Assembly: GCA_029564465.1 (NCBI GenBank) | Contig: JAKQPY010000096.1 | Location: 15,025 to 79,024, forward strand | Length of the DNA stretch: 64,000 bases | DNA from: Bacteroidota bacterium | GTDB taxonomy: Bacteria > Bacteroidota > Bacteroidia > Bacteroidales > ML635J-15 | Direction of reading: 5' to 3' | In this document: positions 9,169-17,182 of the stretch, piece by piece | Layout of the letters: each line of letters starts with the position of its first letter | Numbering within the stretch: position 1 is the first letter of the stretch | Translations under genes and position numbers: made by a program | The notes under the pieces: generated by a model | Told to the model about the DNA's origin: nothing | Seen by the model: only the letters and a program-made list of their open reading frames with translations | Database searches by the model: none

Positions 9169-11901
9169 TTAAAAATTATCGTACCAACTTCGTTTTTTTG
9201 TCAGTTTCAGATCTTGCAACATCGCTGATTTCACATTAATCTGAAAGGAATATTGCTTGTAGGTGCCAAAAGGAACAAGGTTCAGGCTGGCTTCCCAACA
9301 GTGTAAATCGCGGTAAATATTAATTGAAGTATACGTAACTTTGTTGGCCACAAAATCCCAACCTGTTGTAACGGCAATTTTCCACTTTCCGGTAATATTG
9401 ATGTCGCCTGTTATCTGCAGACTTTGGGTAATTTTGCTTTCGAAATAGGGTTTTGCATACCAGAAATTATAACTTACCCTTAGGTTCCAGGGCATACTAA
9501 AGTCAACATAATTGTCGGGATAACCATATAATTGCGAAGTAGCTTCCTTTTTCTCAGTACCCTTTTTGGTTGAATTCAAATTTAACCCGACACTGACATT
9601 GGCACTGGTCAGGCGAATAATGCTTCCGTTTTCGGTGAGGGCAGCGCGGTTAATTCTTACTGGTTTATCGTATTCGTCGAGGGCTATGGCGTATGGGTCG
9701 AACAAGGAAGAGAAGTTTATATTCAGCTTTCCGAGGCTGGTACGGCCTGTCATATTAACAGGTGCCCAATTGAGCGAATCCGACATAATGTTATAGCTGG
9801 TACTGAACGACAAGCTTTCGAGAAGTTTTATCTTTTTTTCTCCGGTAATAGTATCAGCACGGTTTCGAACCTTCATTTCGAAGGAATTTCCAAGATTAAA
9901 GTTTACCGATCCGGAACCTCCGCGTGCCGGGGTGCCATACGGCAAACCTTCGAAAACAGAGTACACGTAGCTTACTGAATCGTATTGGCCGGTATTGTTG
10001 TTGTATTGAATACGATAATAATCATCGTAGTAGCCATAACGTGGCAACCCGAAATCGGGCAGGTACGAAAAATTTACCGAGGGATTAATAACATGACGAA
10101 AAGCTTTAACCGGACCTCCTTTGAAATTGAACATACCATAAATGGTAGTGTTTGCACCTACCGAAGCCTGGTAGTCCCAGACACGTGAGAATCTGGCAGC
10201 ATAATCAGACTGTAAACTACCGGTTACAGCACCGGCAGAGTCGGGTTGCCATACCCTGTTGAGTTCTTTGGTGTACCACCGCTCGGTGTATTGAAAGGAT
10301 GGAGTTATGTTGATTTGTTTGAAAAGTTTCAGCGTAGTATTTATTGGAATACTGTGTTTGATACCATTATTCAGATTCTGAAACCCGATGTTTAACAGAG
10401 AATCTTCGCGTACATGCACCTGATTGGTCATCACGGCAGAATAGCTGATTCCGATTTTTTCGTACCATCGCTGTTTCCCAACCATATTCTTTCGTTTGAG
10501 CGGATATATCCGGCTCATATTGAACGACATATCAGGGAGAGATATGTTTACTGTACTGTCGGTACTGTTCTGCGACTGCTTCATGGCTACCGACAGGCTG
10601 AACGGGGTGTTGGGCCAGATTTTAGAGTAGCTGATGCTTGATGTTTTATTGGTGTTCATATACGATGCATCGTTGTAGGAGTTCCAACGGTCGTAAGCAC
10701 TTGAGCTGATATTTACGTCGGCCGAAAAAGTGCTGTTTGGCCGGGCCTTGGGATCCTGCGAATGCTTCCACATTACCCTGTATAACCTGTCGACACGGTA
10801 ATTGTCCAGATCCCGGTAACCAAACTTATTGCTGTTGTAACTCAGGTCGAAGCTGCCGCTCATTTTATAGCGCTTTTTATAATTGGAGCGTGCATACAAG
10901 GCATAACTGCCCTTGGAATACACATCGCCCGATAGCAGTAAATCGACATAATCGTTAATGGCAAAATAGTAGCCTCCCCTGCGAAGGAAGAATCCGCGGT
11001 TTTGTTCTTCGCCAAACTCCGGGAAAATAATTCCGGAAGTACTGCCTTTTTTATTGGGGAAGAAACCGAACGGAATCCCCAGCGGTAATGGAACATCTTC
11101 GATAACCAGAAAGGCAGGCCCCGAAACAATTTTATCGTCGGGTATCATTTTCGCTTTACTGATGTTAAAATAAAAGTGCGGATGATCGAGGTTACAGGTT
11201 GTAAACTTTCCGTCTATCAGATGGATTTGATTATTGTCTTGTCTCTTGGTAATGCCACCGTGCAGATAGCTGCCCTCGAATTCGGTGGTTACTTCTTTAA
11301 TAATTGCTTTCTTCGATTTAAAGTTATAGCGTATTGTATCGGCTTTAAAAGTTTCCTCACCCTGAACAAAAACCGGTTTCCCGACAATATTACCGGCTGA
11401 GTCAGTTCTTCCGCAGGCATATACCGAGTTGTCAGAAAAATCAATCATAATATAATCGGCAGTAAGCACAATATCGCCATAGCTTACCTCTGCTTCTCCA
11501 AACAGATAGGCTTTCCGGTTTTTCATATCCACATCCGAAGAGTCTTTCGATTGATAATCGACCGGAAAATCTATTTCTGACTTTTTTGCTTTCACTACAA
11601 TGCTATCCTGCTTTATGGTATCACCACTGAAATAGAAAACTATTATTTGCCCGTTTTCAGAATTCCACCATCTGTTATCATGGCTGCCGGCTTCAATATT
11701 GGCATAACAATTGCCTCCGCAGAAAGCGGCAAAATAAAACAGATGTATGCTAAATAATAAAAGCCTTATGATAAATTTTGATAACAATTTGAAAGTTGTA
11801 TTTTTGTACAAACGGTTTTTTAAAATAATGCCCAAAACTACACAAAATTTAGAATCGTTCAACAGGAGTAACTTCTGGCTTGGGTTAAAAATTGTATGCA
11901 T
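9169..11901 (-). CDS. lptD: LPS-assembly outer-membrane protein LptD (OstA-like), Bacteroidota type
   Basis: About 900 aa. The N-terminal OstA-like region (AYLFGEAEVSYGDIVLTADYIMIDF...FTTCNLDHPHFY) is followed by a long beta-rich region. It is divergent from the amidase and MCE genes. The exact start is uncertain. Confidence 0.7.
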   Translation of the reverse strand: MHTIFNPSQKLLLLNDSKFCVVLGIILKNRLYKNTTFKLLSKFIIRLLLFSIHLFYFAAFCGGNCYANIEAGSHDNRWWNSENGQIIVFYFSGDTIKQDSIVVKAKKSEIDFPVDYQSKDSSDVDMKNRKAYLFGEAEVSYGDIVLTADYIMIDFSDNSVYACGRTDSAGNIVGKPVFVQGEETFKADTIRYNFKSKKAIIKEVTTEFEGSYLHGGITKRQDNNQIHLIDGKFTTCNLDHPHFYFNISKAKMIPDDKIVSGPAFLVIEDVPLPLGIPFGFFPNKKGSTSGIIFPEFGEEQNRGFFLRRGGYYFAINDYVDLLLSGDVYSKGSYALYARSNYKKRYKMSGSFDLSYNSNKFGYRDLDNYRVDRLYRVMWKHSQDPKARPNSTFSADVNISSSAYDRWNSYNDASYMNTNKTSSISYSKIWPNTPFSLSVAMKQSQNSTDSTVNISLPDMSFNMSRIYPLKRKNMVGKQRWYEKIGISYSAVMTNQVHVREDSLLNIGFQNLNNGIKHSIPINTTLKLFKQINITPSFQYTERWYTKELNRVWQPDSAGAVTGSLQSDYAARFSRVWDYQASVGANTTIYGMFNFKGGPVKAFRHVINPSVNFSYLPDFGLPRYGYYDDYYRIQYNNNTGQYDSVSYVYSVFEGLPYGTPARGGSGSVNFNLGNSFEMKVRNRADTITGEKKIKLLESLSFSTSYNIMSDSLNWAPVNMTGRTSLGKLNINFSSLFDPYAIALDEYDKPVRINRAALTENGSIIRLTSANVSVGLNLNSTKKGTEKKEATSQLYGYPDNYVDFSMPWNLRVSYNFWYAKPYFESKITQSLQITGDINITGKWKIAVTTGWDFVANKVTYTSINIYRDLHCWEASLNLVPFGTYKQYSFQINVKSAMLQDLKLTKKRSWYDNF

Positions 11902-13048
11902 TCTTGTGATTGTTGCCCTGCAATTCGTTTCGGTACATATGCTGAACGCCCAGACTGGAAATTCATACGGCGTTAAAAAAGTTGTAATCGATCCCGGTCA
12001 TGGCGGAAAAGACCCCGGAGCTGTTGGTTCATTTTCGAAGGAAAAAGACATTACTCTGGCTGTCTCTCTGAAAGTAGGAGACATGATTAAGAAAAATTTC
12101 CCTGATGTGGAAGTGATTTACACCCGATCTACGGATGATTTTGTGGAGTTACATAAAAGGGCAAAGATTGCCAACGATAACCATGCCGACTTGTTTATTT
12201 GCATCCATGTTAACGCTATAGCGGGTGGTTCGGCCTATGGTGCCGAAACTTTTGTTATGGGTCTTAATGTATCGGACGAAAATATGCGAGTAGCCAAACT
12301 CGAAAACTCGGTAATTCTGAAAGAAGACAATTACGAAAAGCACTACGATGGATTCGATCCCAACAGCCCTGAGTCGAATATAATGTTTTCGCTCTATCAG
12401 AATGCATATCTTGAACAGAGCCTGAAGTTGAGCGAAAAAGTGCAAAAATATATGAAGTCTGAAGCTGGTCGTTACGACCGGGGTGTAAAGCAGGCTGCTT
12501 TTTTGGTACTTTGGAGGACCACCATGCCCAGCATTCTTGTTGAATGTGGTTTTATCACACACAAGGATGAGGAGAAGTTTTTAAACTCCGATGAAGGTCA
12601 GAAAAAATTGGCAACAGCTATATTCAATGCTTTCAGCGATTACAAAAACTCGCTCGAAAATCAAGGCAAGGAAATGCATGGTAATAACGGAATTACTCCT
12701 TCGGATCAGAACTTTGTTCCTGCAGATACAAATTCCCCGGCAAATCTTACCAATACTTCCGACAATTCGTTTAACTTTGCCGAAGGAATATTTTTTGGAG
12801 TACAAGTGAAAACATCCGCAAAAAAGCTGGATATTGCCAGCGACCCGTTATTGAAAAACCAGGGCATGATATATGAATATCAGCAGGATGGACTGTACAA
12901 ATACGTTGCAGGAATTGACAGATCGTACGAAGCGGCCTACTCGAATTTTCAGAAACTACGCAACGAAGTGAAAGATTGTTTTCTGGTGGCTTTCAAGAAC
13001 GGGCAGCGGTTTTCGGTGACCCAGGCTCAAAAAGAGATTAAACAATAA
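11828..13048 (+). CDS. N-acetylmuramoyl-L-alanine amidase (Amidase_3) with C-terminal SPOR-like domain
   Basis: VVIDPGHGGKDPGA ... HVNA ... ECGFITH zinc-amidase motifs. The C-terminal FFGVQVKTSAKK...YKYVAG...FKNGQ region resembles SPOR. The ATG at 11828 is preferred over the ORF-track start at 11747. Confidence 0.85.
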   Translation: MPKTTQNLESFNRSNFWLGLKIVCILVIVALQFVSVHMLNAQTGNSYGVKKVVIDPGHGGKDPGAVGSFSKEKDITLAVSLKVGDMIKKNFPDVEVIYTRSTDDFVELHKRAKIANDNHADLFICIHVNAIAGGSAYGAETFVMGLNVSDENMRVAKLENSVILKEDNYEKHYDGFDPNSPESNIMFSLYQNAYLEQSLKLSEKVQKYMKSEAGRYDRGVKQAAFLVLWRTTMPSILVECGFITHKDEEKFLNSDEGQKKLATAIFNAFSDYKNSLENQGKEMHGNNGITPSDQNFVPADTNSPANLTNTSDNSFNFAEGIFFGVQVKTSAKKLDIASDPLLKNQGMIYEYQQDGLYKYVAGIDRSYEAAYSNFQKLRNEVKDCFLVAFKNGQRFSVTQAQKEIKQ

Positions 13049-13051
13049 GCT

Positions 13052-14482
13052 ATGGACGCAAAACGAAGGAAGTATATCATTTTCGGTGTGTTTGCGATTG
13101 TAGTACTCGCGGGGTCTTACTGGGGATACAATTATATTAAGGGAGCCGACTTATTCGAAAAGCGAAATACCTATTATGTGTATTACGACCGTGTTGATGG
13201 CTTGGGTGTTGCCAGTCCGGTGTATATTAACGGATATAAAATTGGTCAGGTAACTCAGGTTGATTTATTGATTGAGCGTGGTGGTATACTGCTGGTTACC
13301 TTCGATACCGACAGTAAATTTCAGATACCGGATTCAACAGTTGCCGAGATTTTTAGTACCGACCTCATGGGAACCAAAGGAATACAGCTTATCCTCGGTA
13401 ATAAAAAAACATACCACGAATCGGGAGATACAATTATTGGAAGCATCGAACAAAGCTTGAAGGATCAGGTGAGTATGCAGATGCTGCCAATAAAAAATCA
13501 GGCTGAGGATTTGATGAAAGAAATTCAGAATGCCATTACCATTATTACCTATATTTTCAACGAAGAAACCCGTGAAAATCTGGAAAAGAGCTTTGCCAGC
13601 ATTCAAACAACACTCGCTTACCTGGAGTCGTCGGCTATTACTCTCGATACCCTGCTTTCGACCGAAAGTAGTCGTCTGTCGAGGATATTTGCCAATATAG
13701 ATAAAATAACCACCAATCTGCGTGATAACAACGATAAGATAACCCGAATTCTGACCAATGTGGCCAATTTCAGCGACACCTTGCTGGCGATGAATATCAC
13801 ACAGACAATCAGCAATGCCAATAAAGCCATTGCTGACGTAGCTGCCATCACCGACAAAATAAACCGTGGCGAAGGAACATTGGGTATGTTAGCCAACAAC
13901 GATACCCTGTATTACAATCTCGAAAACGCAAGTCTGGAGCTTGACAGGTTGCTGCGTGATGTTCGGATGAATCCCGGAAAATATGTGAACTTCAGCCTGT
14001 TGCACTTTGGAAGGAGCATTAGCGTTACTAACGAAAACGACCTGAGCAAACGCGATAAAAAATATCTTGATAAGCAACGGGAAAAAAACAGCAAGGAAAC
14101 CGAAAAAATGAACAAGCGAAATGCCAATACCAAAGACCACACTTCGCCACCCCCAACCGAACGTAGTTTGCTCGATGTTCCTGCTGATTTCGATCAGAAT
14201 TCGCCGGCTTACTATATGATTCAGATATTAGCCGGATCGAACCGCCTGTACCCCAACTCCCCCGAATTAAAGGCTTATAAAAACGTTCAGGAATTCTACA
14301 GCGAAGGTATATACCGCTACCTGATTATGCCTCATACCAATGCATCAAACACGCGAAAATACCTTGAACTCATTAAACAGGACTTTGAGGATGCTTTCCC
14401 CGTGGGCGTGTATCAGGGAGGTATAATTCCATATCCCGATGCCATCGAAATCAACAATAACAAGGCTTCGGGCGGTAACTAA
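13052..14482 (+). CDS. MCE/MlaD family protein with long coiled-coil and C-terminal SPOR-like domain
   Basis: N-terminal TM helix and an MCE domain (YYVYYDRVDGLGVASPVYINGYKIGQV). The C-terminus YYMIQILAGSNRL...YRYLIMP...AFPVGVY is SPOR-like. Confidence 0.7.
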   Translation: MDAKRRKYIIFGVFAIVVLAGSYWGYNYIKGADLFEKRNTYYVYYDRVDGLGVASPVYINGYKIGQVTQVDLLIERGGILLVTFDTDSKFQIPDSTVAEIFSTDLMGTKGIQLILGNKKTYHESGDTIIGSIEQSLKDQVSMQMLPIKNQAEDLMKEIQNAITIITYIFNEETRENLEKSFASIQTTLAYLESSAITLDTLLSTESSRLSRIFANIDKITTNLRDNNDKITRILTNVANFSDTLLAMNITQTISNANKAIADVAAITDKINRGEGTLGMLANNDTLYYNLENASLELDRLLRDVRMNPGKYVNFSLLHFGRSISVTNENDLSKRDKKYLDKQREKNSKETEKMNKRNANTKDHTSPPPTERSLLDVPADFDQNSPAYYMIQILAGSNRLYPNSPELKAYKNVQEFYSEGIYRYLIMPHTNASNTRKYLELIKQDFEDAFPVGVYQGGIIPYPDAIEINNNKASGGN

Positions 14483-14556
14483 ATAAAACCTGGCGCGAAG
14501 TATTTTTATTTTTTTGAAGAAATTTTTCATTTCCCTCGCTTATTAAAAAAAAAGTG

Positions 14557-14564
14557 TATTTTTG
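14557..14564 (+). promoter_or_regulatory. candidate -7 box (TAnnTTTG) for tRNA-Leu
   Basis: TATTTTTG lies 20 nt upstream of the tRNA 5' end. No clean -33 TTTG was seen. Confidence 0.35.
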
Positions 14565-14584
14565 CGCTGCTCTTTCACAGAATG

Positions 14585-14668
14585 GCCCAGGTGGCGGAAT
14601 TGGTAGACGCGCTAGTTTCAGGGACTAGTATTCGTAAGGATGTGCAGGTTCGATTCCTGTCCTGGGCA
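14585..14668 (+). tRNA. tRNA-Leu (anticodon CAG)
   Basis: 84 nt. Acceptor GCCCAGG/CCTGGGC, anticodon stem CTAGT/ACTAG with loop TTCAGGG, a long variable arm, and T-arm GGTTCGATTCC. Confidence 0.9.
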
Positions 14669-14672
14669 CAAA

Positions 14673-14703
14673 AACGCTTCATGTTTCATGAGGCGTTTTT
14701 TTT
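14673..14703 (+). terminator. rho-independent terminator after tRNA-Leu
   Basis: 10-bp stem AACGCTTCAT/ATGAGGCGTT (one G-U pair), a 5-nt loop, then T8. Confidence 0.7.
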
Positions 14704-14782
14704 ATGGTTTATGTGAACATTTTTAGGATAGATTGGTTAATTTTAACAAAGATTATTAACGAACAACCAAATTAAAAACACT

Positions 14783-15223
14783 ATGGCAATTACCCGTAAA
14801 GCAAGCGCCGTTTGGAACGGCACAGGAAAAGAAGGAAAAGGAATTTTAACCGCTACCAGCGGAGTTCTCAACGAAACCCCTTACTCGTTTGCAGCACGAT
14901 TTGTAAGCGAAGACGGAAAAGCAGGTACCAACCCCGAAGAACTCATTGCAGCAGCCCATGCAGGTTGTTTCGCAATGGCTCTCAGCTTTCAGTTAAACGG
15001 TGCCGGTTTTACAGCCGACGAATTGAAGGCGAAAGCTTCGGTGACGATGGACAATATTGACGGTCATTTTGAATTTACCGGAATTCACCTCGATCTGGAA
15101 GCCAGAATCCCCGGTATTTCACAGGAAAAATTCATGGAACTGGCCGAAGTTGCTAAAAAGAACTGTCCCGTTTCGTTGGCATTGGCGGCTGTAAAAATTA
15201 CGATGGATGCCAAACTGAAATAA
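14783..15223 (+). CDS. osmC: OsmC family peroxiredoxin
   Basis: 146 aa. The ELIAAAHAGCFAMAL and KNCPVS motifs carry the two conserved Cys of OsmC. Confidence 0.85.
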   Translation: MAITRKASAVWNGTGKEGKGILTATSGVLNETPYSFAARFVSEDGKAGTNPEELIAAAHAGCFAMALSFQLNGAGFTADELKAKASVTMDNIDGHFEFTGIHLDLEARIPGISQEKFMELAEVAKKNCPVSLALAAVKITMDAKLK

Positions 15224-15245
15224 ATCGGATAATATAATATACAGA

Positions 15246-15271
15246 GAGCCGGTTTATCCCGGCTTTTTTTT
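15246..15271. terminator. bidirectional terminator between convergent osmC and ATPase genes
   Basis: AGCCGG(15247-15252)-TTTATC-CCGGCT(15259-15264) followed by T8. Confidence 0.6.
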
Positions 15272-15275
15272 CGCG

Positions 15276-16418
15276 CTATTGCAGTATTTCCTGAACCCAG
15301 CGCATAAAAAACACATCGTAGACGCAATAACATCGCTCTCCGGTATCGCTGCGAAATTCACAAACCAACTCTTTCGTCAATAGCGAGTCTAAGGCCCTTA
15401 AAATATTTGCCGAACTACCTAAGCCCGATGAAATAATAAACCCTTTGGCTGTGGGCGCAAACAATTCCTCTTCTCTGGCAACAGCTTTCAGTAATTGCCA
15501 TTGCGATTTTGTAAGCATATCGCGGTAGGTGAAAAAGAACATTTCCTGTTCTTTCAACAGTTTTTGGGCTACGCTTCGCCATGAAGCTTCTTTTACTTTT
15601 CGACCTGAGTTTATAAACAAACGGTTACATAATACCTGCACATAATAGGTGTGTCGTCTGGTCCAATTGAGCATGTCGTCAACATCACGCAGTGAAATAG
15701 TCTTTTTGCGCGACTCGAACATTTCGACAATGAATTCACGGTAAACATTATGGGGTATTTTTTCGAGGTGTAAAAATGCAGTGCTTCGAAAAAACGGACG
15801 TGACGGACTTGCAAATAGCTCTGTCATCAGATGCTGGCGACTTCCCGAGAAAATAAATACCACATTGCGTAAATGCTGAATTTTAGTTCGTAACCATGCG
15901 TCGACGTTTTTTTCGGGATATTCGAGAATCTGCTGGAACTCGTCGATGGCAACCAATACCCGTTTTTCTTGCTTGTCGAGTAGATCAAGTAGAGATTCAA
16001 TGTGTTTTCTGCTTTCGTTTTCATCCAAATCAAAACTCAGGTTGGGTTCTCCGGTAATCGCATCAAACCCCACAACCGGTCTTAATTGCTTCAATGCATT
16101 CCAGATTTTACGCCCCACGCCCGAACGTTCACTGAACACTCTTGCTATTGCTGAAGCTAACATATTCAGCAATTGACTCATGTTTTCGGTTGCCAGAATA
16201 TCTACATAGATACAAATCCAATCCTTATTCAATGTATGTTGCACATGCCTGATTAAGCCTGTTTTTCCAATCCGTCGCATCGAAGTCAGCGTGATTGAAT
16301 GTCCGCCTTTCAGGTTTTGAATCAGTTGATGCAATTCATCGTTTCTATCGCAGAAGTATTCCGGACCAAAATATCCGTTGGCCGGAAAAGGAGTGTAGGG
16401 TATTTTATTATCAGACAT
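15276..16418 (-). CDS. AAA-type ATP-binding protein (archaeal-ATPase/DUF234-like)
   Basis: Walker A MRRIGKTGL and Walker B VLVAIDEFQ. The C-terminal winged-helix-like tail is typical of the ATPase/DUF234 family. Confidence 0.65.
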   Translation of the reverse strand: MSDNKIPYTPFPANGYFGPEYFCDRNDELHQLIQNLKGGHSITLTSMRRIGKTGLIRHVQHTLNKDWICIYVDILATENMSQLLNMLASAIARVFSERSGVGRKIWNALKQLRPVVGFDAITGEPNLSFDLDENESRKHIESLLDLLDKQEKRVLVAIDEFQQILEYPEKNVDAWLRTKIQHLRNVVFIFSGSRQHLMTELFASPSRPFFRSTAFLHLEKIPHNVYREFIVEMFESRKKTISLRDVDDMLNWTRRHTYYVQVLCNRLFINSGRKVKEASWRSVAQKLLKEQEMFFFTYRDMLTKSQWQLLKAVAREEELFAPTAKGFIISSGLGSSANILRALDSLLTKELVCEFRSDTGERCYCVYDVFFMRWVQEILQ

Positions 16419-16433
16419 GGAGCGCTTTATTAA

Positions 16434-16475
16434 GTTACATTATGTTAGTTACATTATGTTAGTTACATTATGTTG
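16434..16475. repeat. 3 x 14-bp perfect/near-perfect tandem repeat (GTTACATTATGTTA) just upstream of the ATPase start codon
   Basis: Units at 16434-16447, 16448-16461 and 16462-16475 (last base A->G). Each unit contains the 9-bp palindrome ACATTATGT. Confidence 0.9.
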
Positions 16476-16741
16476 GTTGATTGAATACGATATTTGTTGA
16501 ACATTTAATATAAATAACATAAAATCAGTTAAATAGAATATTGTAATTAATAACAATGTCGTGCAAATATATTTATATATTTATGAAAATAGAAATAAAA
16601 GTGAGCTAAATTTTAATTTTAATGAAATAATATCATTGCAATTCACGCGAATAAATCAAAATAACTTGTCATAATAGAATAATATTGTGAAATATTTAGT
16701 TGTAATTTTGGGGAGATTCAGGAAAATTTAACATGGTACAG

Positions 16742-16960
16742 AGAAATCGTCTTCAGGTTCACCCTTCGATGAGCACTCCGCTGCGCTTCGTTACTCAGGG
16801 TGACAATACCCTGTCATGCTGAGTAGCGCAGCGTTAATCGAAGCATAGGCCGGGGGTTACAAAGAAATCGTCTTCAGGTTCACCCTTCGATGAGCGCTTC
16901 ACTTTGTTTCGTTACTCAGGGTGACAAATTAGATTACCACTTCACTGCGCTTCGTTACTA
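16742..16960. repeat. REP-like intergenic repeat cluster (two 65-bp direct copies, one partial copy, internal long hairpin)
   Basis: Copies at 16742-16806 and 16863-16927 share an identical 33-nt 5' block and 20-nt 3' block around a variable core. A partial copy lies at 16938-16960. An imperfect palindrome at 16779-16833 has arms CGCTGCGCTTCGTTACTCAGGGTGACA / TGTCATGCTGAGTAGCGCAGCG. Confidence 0.85.
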
Positions 16961-16982
16961 CCAATGACGTATTGCTAAATTT

Positions 16983-17133
16983 GGGAATACAGGAGACAGA
17001 ATACAGAAGGGGCTTTTCGTCGAACTAAAGAAAGCAGCTACCCCGAGAAGGTTCTAAAAATCCAGCCAGAGGAGAATGCTTGATAATTGCCAGTCGCCCC
17101 TTCTGAATTCTCTATTCTGACTTCTGTATTCCG
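16983..17133. repeat. about 150-bp element bounded by imperfect inverted repeats (MITE/REP-like)
   Basis: The left arm GGGAATACAGGAGACAGAATACAGAAGGGGC (16983-17013) matches the reverse complement of the right arm GCCCCTTCTGAATTCTCTATTCTGACTTCTGTATTCCG (17096-17133). The ends match and the interior carries indels. Confidence 0.7.
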
Positions 17134-17182
17134 AATTTTATCCTCAACAAAGTCCCCTTAATAACTTACTGCGAAACTGTTG

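Noticed and set aside
11747-11901. Apparent 155-bp overlap of the divergent LptD and amidase ORFs
   Set aside because: It is an artefact of taking the longest ORFs. The amidase most likely starts at ATG 11828. The true LptD start is probably internal or non-canonical, but it could not be fixed from sequence alone.
16434-16475. The tandem 14-bp repeat as a possible CRISPR array
   Set aside because: The units are contiguous with no spacers, there are only three copies of 14 bp, and no cas genes are nearby.
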